A stretch of DNA of 32,000 bases from Nostoc sp. PCC 7120 = FACHB-418 (GCF_000009705.1 NC_003272.1:420001-452000); one strand, 5' to 3'. Counted from the first letter of the stretch, positions 1 through 10,508 are shown. Notes: generated from the sequence alone by a model not told the origin. Program-made: numbers and translations.

Positions 1-61
1 CATCTGATTTTTTACTTTTATCTTCTCAACTACTGTACCAAACCGTTAGACAAAGTGCTGT

Positions 62-107
62 AATCACTAACATAGAAGCTGGTAATTTTCCCCTTATGTT
101 AGTGATT
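62..107 (-). terminator. Putative stem-loop terminator downstream of the S8/RTX protease gene
   Basis: Perfect 13-bp inverted repeat AATCACTAACATA (62-74) / TATGTTAGTGATT (95-107), starting 17 nt past the minus-strand stop codon at 124-126. The loop is long (20 nt) and there is no clear U-tract, so the call is weak. Confidence 0.3.
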
Positions 108-123
108 TACTTGCCATAAATCC

Positions 124-2826
124 CTAAGCAACAACGAGAATATCTGCATTGGTCAAGGACAGTCCAGTATTGAGGGTAGCAAATTGAACTTTAGCGATCG
201 CACCCGTGCCATCCTGATCAAAGAAGAGAGCGCCGTTGTTTCGGTCGTAGAGGAATCGGTGGCTAGCAGTAGTGGCGGCTGAACCTAGTAAAAACTGACT
301 AGATGCGATCGCCGCACCTACAACCAACCCGCCACCAAAGCCAGCCGCAGAGACAACAATAGTGTCATCAACCACGTTAAAATCGGTAATTCTGTCGATA
401 CCTTCACTACGAGAATTGAATGTAAAGCGATCGCGTCCTACACCCCCTGTTAGTGTATCGTTACCAGTACCACCAACGAGGATGTCATTACCGTTACCAC
501 CAAGGAGAGTATCAACACCTGCACTACCATTAAGAGTATCATTGCCATCTCCACCATTTAGGGTATTGTTGCCACTGTTACCTGTAATGACGTTGTTAAG
601 ACGGTTACCTGTACCATTGATTGCAGATGTACCTGTGAGAGTCAAATTCTCTAAACTATTGCCTAATGTATAGCTGATAGATGACTGAACTAAGTCTGTA
701 CCTTGGTTGGCATTTTCCAAAACGTAGTCGCCTATACTATCAACAATGTAGGTGTCGTTACCTCCGCCACCAAGCATCGTATCATTGCCTGTACCACCAT
801 TGAGAATGTCATTACCATTGCCAGCAATCAGGAAATCATTACCAGCATCGCCATTGAGGGTATTATTGCCACTGTTGCCAGTGATCGTATTGTTGAGACT
901 GTTACCTGTACCGTTGATTGCACCCGTACCAGTCAGAGTCAAATTTTCTACATTCGCGCCCAGAGTATAAGTAACAGATGACTGAACTGTGTCTATACCT
1001 TCGTTAGCGTTTTCCGTAACGATATCCCCAGTGCTATTGACTATATATGTGTCGTTACCTCTACCACCCCTGAGCGTATCGTTACCTACTCCGCCATCGA
1101 GAGTATCATTACCCCTACCACCATGCAAAACGTTAGCAGCACTATTACCGATAATTGTGTCATTACCATCACCACCAAAAGCATTTTCGATTGTAGTTCC
1201 CGTACTGATAGTTAAGACGGTTCCATTGAGGATACTTGTAGACCCTGGATTTAGGTTGAGGTAAGAGTCAGCAGTAATCGCCGCCGCATTAATCGTGTCA
1301 GTACCTGAACTATCGGTTAGTGTCGTTGAGCCATAAAAACCATACTCATTGGTGTAGAAATAAGTGTCATTGATAGTATCAGCATCGCCGTATAAATTTA
1401 ATTTCCAACTATTAAAAATGCCGATATCTGAGGGGCCTAAATCTTGTATTGTCAGTGTCCAATTGCCAGCGCTGGTTTCTCCCCAGTGTTGCGTACTGGA
1501 GAGTTTAAACACAATATTGTCTCCCTCATCTTCCTTATTACCAGGTTGATGAACCAAAACACTCTGAACCCCACTCGGAGAAGTCAGGTAAACAACTATA
1601 TCACCCCGATAAGGATGAGTCAGATTAAGTTCTACTTCTACCCAGTCAATTTCTAAGCCAGCCGCCACCGTAAAAGTGTGACTAATTCCTGCCTCATCGT
1701 TATCAGGAACAGTCAAACCTAGATTACCTGAACTGTAAGAAAGAGACTGCTCGTTGTTGAATCGGCTCTGTTTTTGCCAAGTCTCAGCCAAACGCACAGC
1801 AGCAAGCGCATCTACCAAACCGAACCCATAATCATGGCTGACGTGTAAACCCCCACCATTAAAATTGTTAGCACCGTTAATTTGCCAAATGTAATTTCCC
1901 CCTACGTTATAGAAATCATTCTGGCGGGCGGAATAGGCGAGAATTTCTTGTATGTCTCGATAACCTAAATTCCGATTGGCTTCCAGCATTAAGGCGACTA
2001 CCCCAGAAACTTCAGGTGCTGCTGCTGAAGTGCCGTTAAACTCGTAGTTATAGTCTCCTAAACTAGAACCTTCTGATCCTCTACGGTCTGTAGTCACAAT
2101 ACTACCAGGAACCCCACTGCCAAAAGCTGAAACTAGAATAGAAGCCCCTGGAGTGCTATAAAAGGAAGCTGTACCATCATATTCAAGCGCTGCTACCGAA
2201 ATGACGTGGCGAGAGTTGGAAAAGTTGGAATAATTGGTATTTAAACCCTCTTCTCTGGAATTTCCAGCTGACCAGACAATTGCAGTCCCTAATCCATTGC
2301 GTCCAAACTGGACAGCATCCCGAATAGCTTGAACTACTGGAGCATATCCAGGATTAAGAAAATCAGCCCCAAAAATTGATGTGCTACCCCAACTATTATT
2401 AGCGACATCCACATTGCGTAGGCGCTGCAATGCCCGAATCATACTATCAGAATTGTTGTAACTAAATCGGAAGGAAGCTAAGGTTGAACCATAAGCTACA
2501 CCCACCCCACCAATACCATTTCCCGCAGCTGCACCAATCACACCCGCAACAGAAGTAGCATGACCGCTTTCTCCAGCTAGAGGGTAAGGATTACCACCGT
2601 TGGTAACGCCATCATAATCAATAGCAGTATTGTAATTGGGAGCTAAATCAGGATGAGTGTATTCAACACCACCCCCTTCAAATACACCAACCGTCACACC
2701 CCTCCCGGTATAGTCATCCCAAACATCGACTACATTGAGGTCAAGACCACGAGTACCAGTAAACCAATCGTAGTTGTATAAATGCCATTGATACTGAAAT
2801 AAAGGATCAGAAGGAAAAGTAGGCAT
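124..2826 (-). CDS. S8 (subtilisin/kexin-like) peptidase with a proprotein-convertase P-domain and C-terminal RTX hemolysin-type Ca-binding repeats; probable T1SS substrate
   Basis: 900-aa ORF. The N-terminus starts directly at the kexin-like DPLFQYQWHL motif. S8 motifs present: His SGHATSVAGVIG, NNSWG, oxyanion SAGNS, Ser GTSAAAPEVSG. P-domain-like segment: HPYRGDIVVYLTSPSGVQSVL...WGETSAGNWTLTIQD...WKLNLYG. Many GGxGxDxL nonapeptides follow (GGRGNDTLDGGVGNDTLRGGRGNDTYIV and others). No N-terminal signal peptide. Confidence 0.85.
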   Translation of the reverse strand: MPTFPSDPLFQYQWHLYNYDWFTGTRGLDLNVVDVWDDYTGRGVTVGVFEGGGVEYTHPDLAPNYNTAIDYDGVTNGGNPYPLAGESGHATSVAGVIGAAAGNGIGGVGVAYGSTLASFRFSYNNSDSMIRALQRLRNVDVANNSWGSTSIFGADFLNPGYAPVVQAIRDAVQFGRNGLGTAIVWSAGNSREEGLNTNYSNFSNSRHVISVAALEYDGTASFYSTPGASILVSAFGSGVPGSIVTTDRRGSEGSSLGDYNYEFNGTSAAAPEVSGVVALMLEANRNLGYRDIQEILAYSARQNDFYNVGGNYIWQINGANNFNGGGLHVSHDYGFGLVDALAAVRLAETWQKQSRFNNEQSLSYSSGNLGLTVPDNDEAGISHTFTVAAGLEIDWVEVELNLTHPYRGDIVVYLTSPSGVQSVLVHQPGNKEDEGDNIVFKLSSTQHWGETSAGNWTLTIQDLGPSDIGIFNSWKLNLYGDADTINDTYFYTNEYGFYGSTTLTDSSGTDTINAAAITADSYLNLNPGSTSILNGTVLTISTGTTIENAFGGDGNDTIIGNSAANVLHGGRGNDTLDGGVGNDTLRGGRGNDTYIVNSTGDIVTENANEGIDTVQSSVTYTLGANVENLTLTGTGAINGTGNSLNNTITGNSGNNTLNGDAGNDFLIAGNGNDILNGGTGNDTMLGGGGNDTYIVDSIGDYVLENANQGTDLVQSSISYTLGNSLENLTLTGTSAINGTGNRLNNVITGNSGNNTLNGGDGNDTLNGSAGVDTLLGGNGNDILVGGTGNDTLTGGVGRDRFTFNSRSEGIDRITDFNVVDDTIVVSAAGFGGGLVVGAAIASSQFLLGSAATTASHRFLYDRNNGALFFDQDGTGAIAKVQFATLNTGLSLTNADILVVA

Positions 2827-3156
2827 AATCTTATGTTTTTATTTTGACCATTTAACCCTGCATAATTTTACAGAGTACGAAATGAACAAGAATTAGTCGT
2901 TTATGCTTTATGCAGTCTTAAATGCAGGATTGAGTATCGATGTATGCAACATCATGTATGCAGAGTTGCAGAAAACTGCATTCTTTATGAGCGTAAATGG
3001 ATTCATCAGGTTGCTACACCTGGACATACAATATTTGTAACGCTCCTTTACAACTGCTTCAGCCAAATCATAGCGATCGCCTAAACTTAGACTGGAGCGG
3101 TAATATTTCCTCGGCGATCGCTCAGGAATTTTCACTTAACAAACCTTATATAAGAT

Positions 3157-6100
3157 TTGCCTGAGAGCAAAATTGTGATTAAACAAGATTATTTAAACTG
3201 GTATTTCACCTTAAGCTTATTAGTCAGCCTGACTTTAACAACAAATGCGAAAACCTTGGCACAAGTCACCGCCGACCAAACATTAGGAACACAAGTTACA
3301 GATATTGGCTTAAGTTATTTTGTTCAAGGTGGTACAACAGTTGGTAACACTAATTTATTCCACAGTTTTGGTAGTTTCAATGTTCCTAATGATGGTGCAG
3401 CAATTTTTATCAACGACCCCAGTTTAACTAATATCTTTGCACGAGTAACTGGTGGCACAGTTTCCGATATTCAAGGCAGAATAGGAACTCAAGGTACTGC
3501 TAATTTATATTTAATCAATCCTAATGGCATTATTTTTGGTACAAATGCTAGTTTAAATATCGGTGGTTCTTTTGTTGCTACCACTGCTAATACTATTCAA
3601 TTTCCTGGTGGTGCTGAATTTTCTCTAACTTCACCAGTTACATCAACAAACACACTACTAAGTGTCAACCCTACAGCATTTTTATTTAATCAAATTGCGA
3701 ATCAGGGTACAAACTCCATTGAAAATCGCGGTTATTTAGCAGTTCCTAATAATAAGAGTTTAATCTTACTTGGTGGTAATATTGCACCCACATCTAACGC
3801 CACTGGAAAAATTTTAATCGATGGTGGAGTGGTTCAGGCATTAAATGGTAGGGTAGAAATTGGTGGATTAGTTGAACCTGGTTTTATAGGAATTAATGTT
3901 GATGGCAACCAATTAAGCCTAACTTTTCCTGATAGTGTAGCAAAAACAGATATTTCATCGATTAATAATGGTACCGTTTTTACTTCTGGTGCTGGTGGTG
4001 GTGATATTGTAGTTAATGCTGATAACTTGAGCTTACTAAATTATGGTGCTTTTTTTACAGGCATACTTAATAACCAAGGAAACGCGGAAACTCAAGCAGG
4101 TGATATCTCAATTAATGCTACAGGCATTGTCACTGTTGCTCAAAATAGTATTATCTCCAATTCCTCTTTGGGAATTGGAGATAGTGGAAAAATCAACATT
4201 GTTGCTCAATCACTGCAAATCATTGATAATAGCTCAGTTCAATCATTTTCATTACAAGGTAATTCAGGAACAGTTAATGTTAAAGTGGATGATACGGTTT
4301 CCCTATTAAGCGGCCAAATTAGCAGTAGTGTTCGGCCAAGAGGTGCCTCTGCCTCTTCTTTACAGTCAAATTTATTAGGTACACCGACTAGGGGGAAAAG
4401 TGGTGGTATTAATATCCAGGCGCGCAGTCTTTTAGCAGTAGATAGTAGTGCGATAAGTGCAAGCAACTTTTTGGCAGATGATTCTGGAGATATTAAAATT
4501 CAAGCTACTGATGCGGTTATTTTGAATAACAGATCAACTATATCTTCAAGTGCTTTTGGCCAAGGGAAATCAGGTAATTTATCCATTAATACTAATTGGT
4601 TAAATATAATCAATAATTCTCAAATAACAGCTAATACCTTAGGAACTGGAAATGCTGGTGATATTAATATCATTGCTCTTGATATTAATATAGATAAATC
4701 TTTGATTACCGGAAGTACATCCTCTTTTTTAAACACTATCGTTAATTTAGGGAATGCTGGAAATATTAATATTCAAACGGCACGAATTAATCTAACTAAT
4801 AGTGGCTTCATTATATCTACTTCTGGCAGACCAGAACAGAAAGAAACAAGTGGTTTTGGTGGTAATATTAATATTACAGCCACTGAATTAATAGAAATAG
4901 ATCCAAAAGGTGCGACAGATATAATCACAGGTTTTAGTACCAGAACTTTTAGTGGTAGCCGTGCTGGTGACATAACGCTAAATACCAAAAATTTGATTGT
5001 GAGAAATGGCGGTGTTATCATGGCAGATGCTGCTAATAATTTAGGAGGAAACGCGGGAAACATTAATATCAATGCCTCCGATACTGTTAAGCTCATTAGC
5101 TCTCTAGGAAATTCTTATAGTAGAATTTTTACGGGTGTTGTATCTTCTGATAATAATGTGATGAATGCGGGTAATGGTGGGGAGTTAAATATTACCACTG
5201 GAAAATTACAGCTAACAAATGGCGTTATATCAGCAGCAACATTAGGTCAAGGTCATGCAGGTAATATTACTATATCTAGTAATGATGAGATAGTTCTTGA
5301 TAGTGGGTTAATATTTAGTCAAGTTGATGCTGGTGCAGTTGGGAATGGGGGAGATATTAATATTCAGACACCAAGACTAACTTTAACTAATGGTAGTCAA
5401 GTTGATGCTAGTATTCGGCGTGGAGGAATAGGCAAAGGTGGAACTATTCGCATTGATGCAGCCGATTCTGTAATTATTTCCGGACGGGATGCAGACGGTT
5501 TTGCTAGCTTATTAGCAGCTGGCAATGAAGGAGGAAGTATTGGTCAACCAGGAGACATTATTGCTAATACAGATTATTTTCTCATAGAAAAAGATGCTTT
5601 CCTGAATACAGGAACCTTTAACTCCAGTAACGGAGGTAGTGTTACCATTAATACTCGTATCTTTGAGGCTTTGACTGGTGGACGAATTTTTTCCAGCACT
5701 AGTAGTAGTGGCAAAGCAGGCGACATTATTATTAATGCTACAGATAGTATAACCGTCTCTGGGGTAAGTCCAGAAACTAGAAATAATGCTGCGATCGTTG
5801 CAGGAACACTTATAGACTCCACTGGTAATGGAGGAAAAATATCCTTATCCACTACTAATTTTAATTTAAGTAACGAGGCTGGAGTTTTCACACGCAGTCA
5901 GGGACGAGGCATTGCAGGGGACATCAACATCACTGCTAGAGGCAATTTGAATGTTAATAATGCTTTTATCAGCGCACGAGCTGAACAGGCTGGTGGTGGA
6001 AATATCGATATCATCACTAAAAATGTTAACCTACGCAATCACAGTGATATCCGCACAGATTTATCTATAGGTGAAGGTAGAGGTGGTAATATTTCCCTCA

Positions 6101-6633
6101 CAGCAGATATCATCATTGCCTTAGAAGATAGCGATATTCTCGCCTTTGCACCGGAGGGACAAGGTGGGGATATTAAATTTAATACCCGCGCTGTATTTAG
6201 CGATTCGCTCTACAACTCCAGACAAACAGCATCTGATAGAAATAGTCTTCAGTCACTAGTGAGTAATAGTAGTTCCGATATTAACGCTACAGGGACAATC
6301 TCTGGCAAGATTATTGGTGTACCTGATATTAGCTCTATCCAAAACGGACTCACAGAATTACAAGCTAATCCCATTGATACTACAGTACTTATTGCTAATA
6401 GTTGCATTGCTCGTAGTCGTAGACAAGAAGGGACTTTTATTATTACGGGGACTGGTGGTTTACCAACTCGTCCTGGTGAGGCCGTGAATTCCAGCTACCC
6501 CACAGGTGATGTGCAGAGTGTCACTCATCAGAGTACGGCTAGTTTGTGGAAAAAAGGTGACCTGATTATTGAACCGCAAGGAGTGTATAAGCTGGCGAAT
6601 GGAGATGTGGTGATGAGTCGTGAGTGTCATTGA
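3157..6633 (+). CDS. Two-partner-secretion (TpsA/filamentous hemagglutinin N-terminal domain) beta-helical exoprotein, paralog 1
   Basis: 1158-aa ORF. Signal peptide ends ..KTLA/QVTAD. TPS-domain motifs: NTNLFHSFGSFNV and LINPNGIIFG. Long array of about 20-aa beta-helix repeats (GNAGNINI type). By homology to paralog 2 the true start is probably GTG 3175 (MIKQDYLNWYF), not TTG 3157. Confidence 0.85.
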   Translation: MPESKIVIKQDYLNWYFTLSLLVSLTLTTNAKTLAQVTADQTLGTQVTDIGLSYFVQGGTTVGNTNLFHSFGSFNVPNDGAAIFINDPSLTNIFARVTGGTVSDIQGRIGTQGTANLYLINPNGIIFGTNASLNIGGSFVATTANTIQFPGGAEFSLTSPVTSTNTLLSVNPTAFLFNQIANQGTNSIENRGYLAVPNNKSLILLGGNIAPTSNATGKILIDGGVVQALNGRVEIGGLVEPGFIGINVDGNQLSLTFPDSVAKTDISSINNGTVFTSGAGGGDIVVNADNLSLLNYGAFFTGILNNQGNAETQAGDISINATGIVTVAQNSIISNSSLGIGDSGKINIVAQSLQIIDNSSVQSFSLQGNSGTVNVKVDDTVSLLSGQISSSVRPRGASASSLQSNLLGTPTRGKSGGINIQARSLLAVDSSAISASNFLADDSGDIKIQATDAVILNNRSTISSSAFGQGKSGNLSINTNWLNIINNSQITANTLGTGNAGDINIIALDINIDKSLITGSTSSFLNTIVNLGNAGNINIQTARINLTNSGFIISTSGRPEQKETSGFGGNINITATELIEIDPKGATDIITGFSTRTFSGSRAGDITLNTKNLIVRNGGVIMADAANNLGGNAGNININASDTVKLISSLGNSYSRIFTGVVSSDNNVMNAGNGGELNITTGKLQLTNGVISAATLGQGHAGNITISSNDEIVLDSGLIFSQVDAGAVGNGGDINIQTPRLTLTNGSQVDASIRRGGIGKGGTIRIDAADSVIISGRDADGFASLLAAGNEGGSIGQPGDIIANTDYFLIEKDAFLNTGTFNSSNGGSVTINTRIFEALTGGRIFSSTSSSGKAGDIIINATDSITVSGVSPETRNNAAIVAGTLIDSTGNGGKISLSTTNFNLSNEAGVFTRSQGRGIAGDINITARGNLNVNNAFISARAEQAGGGNIDIITKNVNLRNHSDIRTDLSIGEGRGGNISLTADIIIALEDSDILAFAPEGQGGDIKFNTRAVFSDSLYNSRQTASDRNSLQSLVSNSSSDINATGTISGKIIGVPDISSIQNGLTELQANPIDTTVLIANSCIARSRRQEGTFIITGTGGLPTRPGEAVNSSYPTGDVQSVTHQSTASLWKKGDLIIEPQGVYKLANGDVVMSRECH

Positions 6634-6656
6634 ACAAATGTTTAAAAGCAAAGCTT

Positions 6657-9600
6657 ATGATTAAACAAAAAAATTTTAATTGGGTTTTTTACTTAGGTTT
6701 ATTATTCAGCGTAGGTGTAACAACAAATAACCAAACCTTGGCACAAGTCACAGCCGACCAAACATTAGGAACACAAGTTGTAGATATTAATTTAAACTCC
6801 TTTATTTTAGGTGGTGCAACAGTTGATAACACTAATTTATTTCACAGTTTTGGTAGTTTCAATGTTCCTAGTGGTGGTGCAGCAATTTTTATCAACGACC
6901 CCAGTTTAACTAATATCTTTGCACGAGTAACTGGTGGCACAGCTTCCGATATTCAAGGCAGAATAGGAACTCAAGGTACTGCTAATTTATATTTAATCAA
7001 TCCTAATGGCATTATTTTTGGCACAAGTGCTAGGTTAAATATCGGTGGTTCTTTCGTCGCTACCACAGCTAACGCCATTCAATTTCCTAGTAGTACTGAA
7101 TTTTCTTTAACTTCACCAGTTACATCAACAAACACACTACTAAGTGTCAACCCTACAGCATTTTTATTTAATCAAATCGCCAATCAAGGCACAAACTCCA
7201 TTGAAAATCGCGGTTCTTTAATAGTTCCTAATAACAAGAGTTTAATCTTACTTGGTGGTAATATTGCACCCACATCTAACGCCACTGGGGAAATTTTAAT
7301 GGATGGCGGAAGACTTGGAGCATTAGGTGGTAGGGTGGAAATTGGTGGATTAGCTGCACCTGGCTCTGTGGGAATAAATACTAATGGCAACAGTTTAAGC
7401 CTAAGCTTTCCTGATAGCGTAGCAAGAGCAAATACTTCATTAATAAATAATGCTTTGATTCTTGCTTCTGGTGTTGGCGGTGGTGATATTGTAGTTCATG
7501 CTAATAGTTTGAGTTTACTAAATAGTAGTGATTTTTTTGCAGGTATACTTGATAATCAAGGAAGCTCTCAAACTCAAGCAGGTGATATTGCCATTAATGC
7601 TACTGGCATTGTCACCGTTGCTGAAAATAGTATCATAGGAAATTCGTCTTTAGGAATTGGAGATAGTGGGAATATCAACATTGTTAGTCAATCGCTGCAC
7701 ATAATAAATGGTAGTGTTCAGGCATTTTCTCTACAAGGCAATTCAGGAACAGTTAATATCAAAGTTGGTGATACAGTTTCCCTGTCAGAAAGTCAGATTA
7801 GCAGTATTGTTCGACCCAAAGATTCCTCTTTACAGTCAAATTTTTTAGGAACGCCAACTCGTGGAAAAAGCGGTGGTATTAATATCCAAACGCGAAATCT
7901 TTCAGTGGTTGATAATAGTATAATAAGTGCCAGCAACATTTTGGCGGATGATTCTGGAGATATTAAAATTCAAGCTAATAATTCCGTTATTTTGAATAAT
8001 AGAGCAACTATCTTCTCAAGTGTTTTTGGACAAGGAAATGCGGGCAATTTATCTATTATTACTAATCGTTTGGATATAAGAAATAATTCTCAAATAGCAA
8101 CTACTACATTTAGCAATGGAAATGGAGGTGATATTAATATTAATGCTCATGACATTAGTATAGATAAGTCTTTTATTAGCGGAGGTGCATCGTCTTTCCG
8201 AACAGATATCACAAATATAGGTAATGCTGGGACTATCAATATCCAAACAGAAAGAATTAGTCTCACAAATCGTGGTTTGATTACATCTATTTCTGACGAA
8301 CCAGCACCGGAAAAAACAATCGGTTATGGCGGAAATATTAATATTACAGCTAATGAATTAATAGAAATAGATACAAAAGGTACAACAGGTGTAATTACGG
8401 GTTTAGTTGCCAGAACTTTTAGTGGCAGTCGTGCTGGTGACATAAACCTGAATACCAAAAATCTGATTGTTAGAGATGGCGGTTATATCAGCGTAGAAGC
8501 TGCTAATAATTTAGGGGGAAATGCTGGTAATATTACTATCAACGCATCAAATTCTGTTGAGTTAACTAGCTCCATTGGCAACCGTCCTAGTATAATTTTT
8601 ACTGGTGTTTCAGACTTTAATGATAATGCGATCGCTGTGGGTAACGGTGGTGACTTAAAAATTAGTACTCAAAATTTACAGCTAACAAACGCCGCTATAT
8701 CAGCCGGGACTTTCGGTCAAGGTAATGCAGGCAATATTAATATCTTCAGCAATGATGGGGTGGTAATTGATAATAGTGTGATCAATAGCCGAATTGGTGC
8801 TGGCGCAGTTGGAAATGGTGGTGATATTGACATCCAGACACAGAGGCTAACTTTAACTAATGGTGGTGGGATTGATACTGTAGTCTCCCCACCAGAAGGA
8901 AATTTACCTGGCGGACAGGGTAAAGGCGGAACTATTCGTATCAATGCTACAGATGCAGTCACTATTTCAGGAACTAATGCTAATGGGTTTGAGAGTGCAA
9001 TCTTGACTGAAACCCAAGGAGGAGCCTTTGGTCAATCTGGCGATATCATCATTAATACGGATTATTTCCGTGTCGTAGACAACGGTAGTGTATCGACATT
9101 AACAGGAAATAGTAGTGATGCAGGTAATATTCTGATCAATACCCGTGTAATGGAGGTGTTGAATGGTGCAGCAGTAGTTACAGGAACTGAGTCTATTGGT
9201 AAAGCTGGTGACATTACCATTAATGCTACAGATAAAATTAACATCTTGAGCAACACCGACTTACATGGTAATACTGGTTTACTGGCTAGCACTACTTCTA
9301 GTGGAGATGCGGGGAATATATACCTATTTACAACTGAACTTAACTTATTAGCCCCTAATTCTAACTTGCCAGCTCCCGTCCTTGTGGCCACATTAAGTCA
9401 AGGAAGCGGAATAGCCGGGAATATTAATATTGTTGCCACAGGTAATTACAATGCCAATAATGGCTTAATCAGCGCACGATCTGAACAAGCCGGTGGTGGA
9501 AATATCAGTGTCAATGCTAGAAATATCAACCTACGGAATAACAGCGACATTCGTACAGATTTATTTAGTGGTAGCGGTAAGGGTGGAGGAATTTCCCTCA

Positions 9601-10133
9601 CCGCAGATATTATCATTGCCTTAGAAGATAGTGATATTCTCGCCTTTGCACCGGAGGGACAAGGCGGCGATATTAACTTTAATACCCGTGCTGTGTTTAG
9701 TGATGCTCTCTACACTGCTAGGGAAACAATACCTGATAGCAATAGTCTTCAGTCAATAGTTAATAATAGTCGCCCTGACATTAACGCCACAGGGACAATC
9801 TCTGGCAATATCATTGGTGTACCTGATATTAGCTCTATCCAAAACGGACTCACCGATTTACAAGCTAATCCTATTGATACTACAGTACTGATTGCTAATA
9901 GTTGTATTGCTCGTAGTCCTAGACAAGAAGGAACTTTTATTATTACGGGGACTGGTGGTTTACCAACTCGTCCTGGTGAGCTTAAGGCTTCTAATTATCC
10001 CACAGGAGATGTGCAGAGCGTTAGTAATAATAATGTAGCTAGTGCGTGGAAAAAAGGCAACGCTATAGTTGAACCACAAGGAGTATATCGACTGGCAAAT
10101 GGGGATATGGTGATGAGTCGTGAGTGTAGTTAA
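6657..10133 (+). CDS. Two-partner-secretion (TpsA/filamentous hemagglutinin N-terminal domain) beta-helical exoprotein, paralog 2
   Basis: Same architecture as 3157-6633. The N-terminal roughly 300 aa and C-terminal roughly 200 aa are nearly identical to paralog 1. ATG 6657 (MIKQKNFNWVFY) is preferred over the ORF-track GTG 6624, which would overlap the end of paralog 1. It lies 23 nt after the upstream stop, so the two are probably an operon. Confidence 0.85.
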   Translation: MIKQKNFNWVFYLGLLFSVGVTTNNQTLAQVTADQTLGTQVVDINLNSFILGGATVDNTNLFHSFGSFNVPSGGAAIFINDPSLTNIFARVTGGTASDIQGRIGTQGTANLYLINPNGIIFGTSARLNIGGSFVATTANAIQFPSSTEFSLTSPVTSTNTLLSVNPTAFLFNQIANQGTNSIENRGSLIVPNNKSLILLGGNIAPTSNATGEILMDGGRLGALGGRVEIGGLAAPGSVGINTNGNSLSLSFPDSVARANTSLINNALILASGVGGGDIVVHANSLSLLNSSDFFAGILDNQGSSQTQAGDIAINATGIVTVAENSIIGNSSLGIGDSGNINIVSQSLHIINGSVQAFSLQGNSGTVNIKVGDTVSLSESQISSIVRPKDSSLQSNFLGTPTRGKSGGINIQTRNLSVVDNSIISASNILADDSGDIKIQANNSVILNNRATIFSSVFGQGNAGNLSIITNRLDIRNNSQIATTTFSNGNGGDININAHDISIDKSFISGGASSFRTDITNIGNAGTINIQTERISLTNRGLITSISDEPAPEKTIGYGGNINITANELIEIDTKGTTGVITGLVARTFSGSRAGDINLNTKNLIVRDGGYISVEAANNLGGNAGNITINASNSVELTSSIGNRPSIIFTGVSDFNDNAIAVGNGGDLKISTQNLQLTNAAISAGTFGQGNAGNINIFSNDGVVIDNSVINSRIGAGAVGNGGDIDIQTQRLTLTNGGGIDTVVSPPEGNLPGGQGKGGTIRINATDAVTISGTNANGFESAILTETQGGAFGQSGDIIINTDYFRVVDNGSVSTLTGNSSDAGNILINTRVMEVLNGAAVVTGTESIGKAGDITINATDKINILSNTDLHGNTGLLASTTSSGDAGNIYLFTTELNLLAPNSNLPAPVLVATLSQGSGIAGNINIVATGNYNANNGLISARSEQAGGGNISVNARNINLRNNSDIRTDLFSGSGKGGGISLTADIIIALEDSDILAFAPEGQGGDINFNTRAVFSDALYTARETIPDSNSLQSIVNNSRPDINATGTISGNIIGVPDISSIQNGLTDLQANPIDTTVLIANSCIARSPRQEGTFIITGTGGLPTRPGELKASNYPTGDVQSVSNNNVASAWKKGNAIVEPQGVYRLANGDMVMSRECS

Positions 10134-10286
10134 TTTTCTTTTTTACTATTACTAAAATATATAGTCAATACATTTTTCTGCAATTTTTGATGATAGTTCC
10201 TGCATATCAACCAGCATAGAAAGTGAATACACTCTATCATTAATCTCCTTTAATCTGTTCAATAAAGTAATTATTGGTAAGGTTAC

Positions 10287-10508
10287 ATGATGAAGAAAGG
10301 CAATATTTTACTCATAACCTTATTAACAGCATCAATATTCATCAATGGTGGCATGGCAAAAGCCAACACACAATCGGATAGACAAGAGATTATCCGCAGA
10401 TATCAATGGATGAGTGATGGTTGCAATGCCAGAATACTCGCTAAATGTTACGCCTACGTGTGTGTCAATTGGTTTTCAAGCTTGCAGAGCAGATGGCAGT
10501 TTAACTAA
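10287..10508 (+). CDS. Small hypothetical protein with an N-terminal signal/TM segment (possibly frameshifted)
   Basis: 73-aa ORF with a signal-peptide-like start (MMKKGNILLITLLTASIFINGGMAKA). Its tail overlaps a second ORF (10414-10596) in another frame that looks more protein-like. No recognisable family. Confidence 0.3.
   Translation: MMKKGNILLITLLTASIFINGGMAKANTQSDRQEIIRRYQWMSDGCNARILAKCYAYVCVNWFSSLQSRWQFN

Noticed and set aside
362-1656. Plus-strand ORFs (362-673, 703-981, 752-970, 989-1264, 1364-1549, 1444-1656) encoding Pro/Leu/Ser-rich peptides such as SLPLPP
   Set aside because: They are antisense or alternate-frame readings of the GGxGxD RTX repeat codons and the P-domain of the 900-aa subtilase gene. 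Their periodic low-complexity composition mirrors the repeats, and there is no independent start or RBS support.
2908-3135. 75-aa minus-strand ORF in the divergent intergenic region between the subtilase and TPS paralog 1
   Set aside because: No recognisable motif and odd composition. It spans two HIP1 sites and the probable promoter regions of both flanking genes. It cannot be supported as a gene from sequence alone.
4043-9391. Several 60-110-aa ORFs on both strands inside the two TPS exoprotein genes (for example 4043-4309, 4773-5096, 5574-5891, 8717-8962, 9062-9391)
   Set aside because: All are nested within the long, motif-supported 1150-aa reading frames. They are by-products of repetitive, biased codon content.
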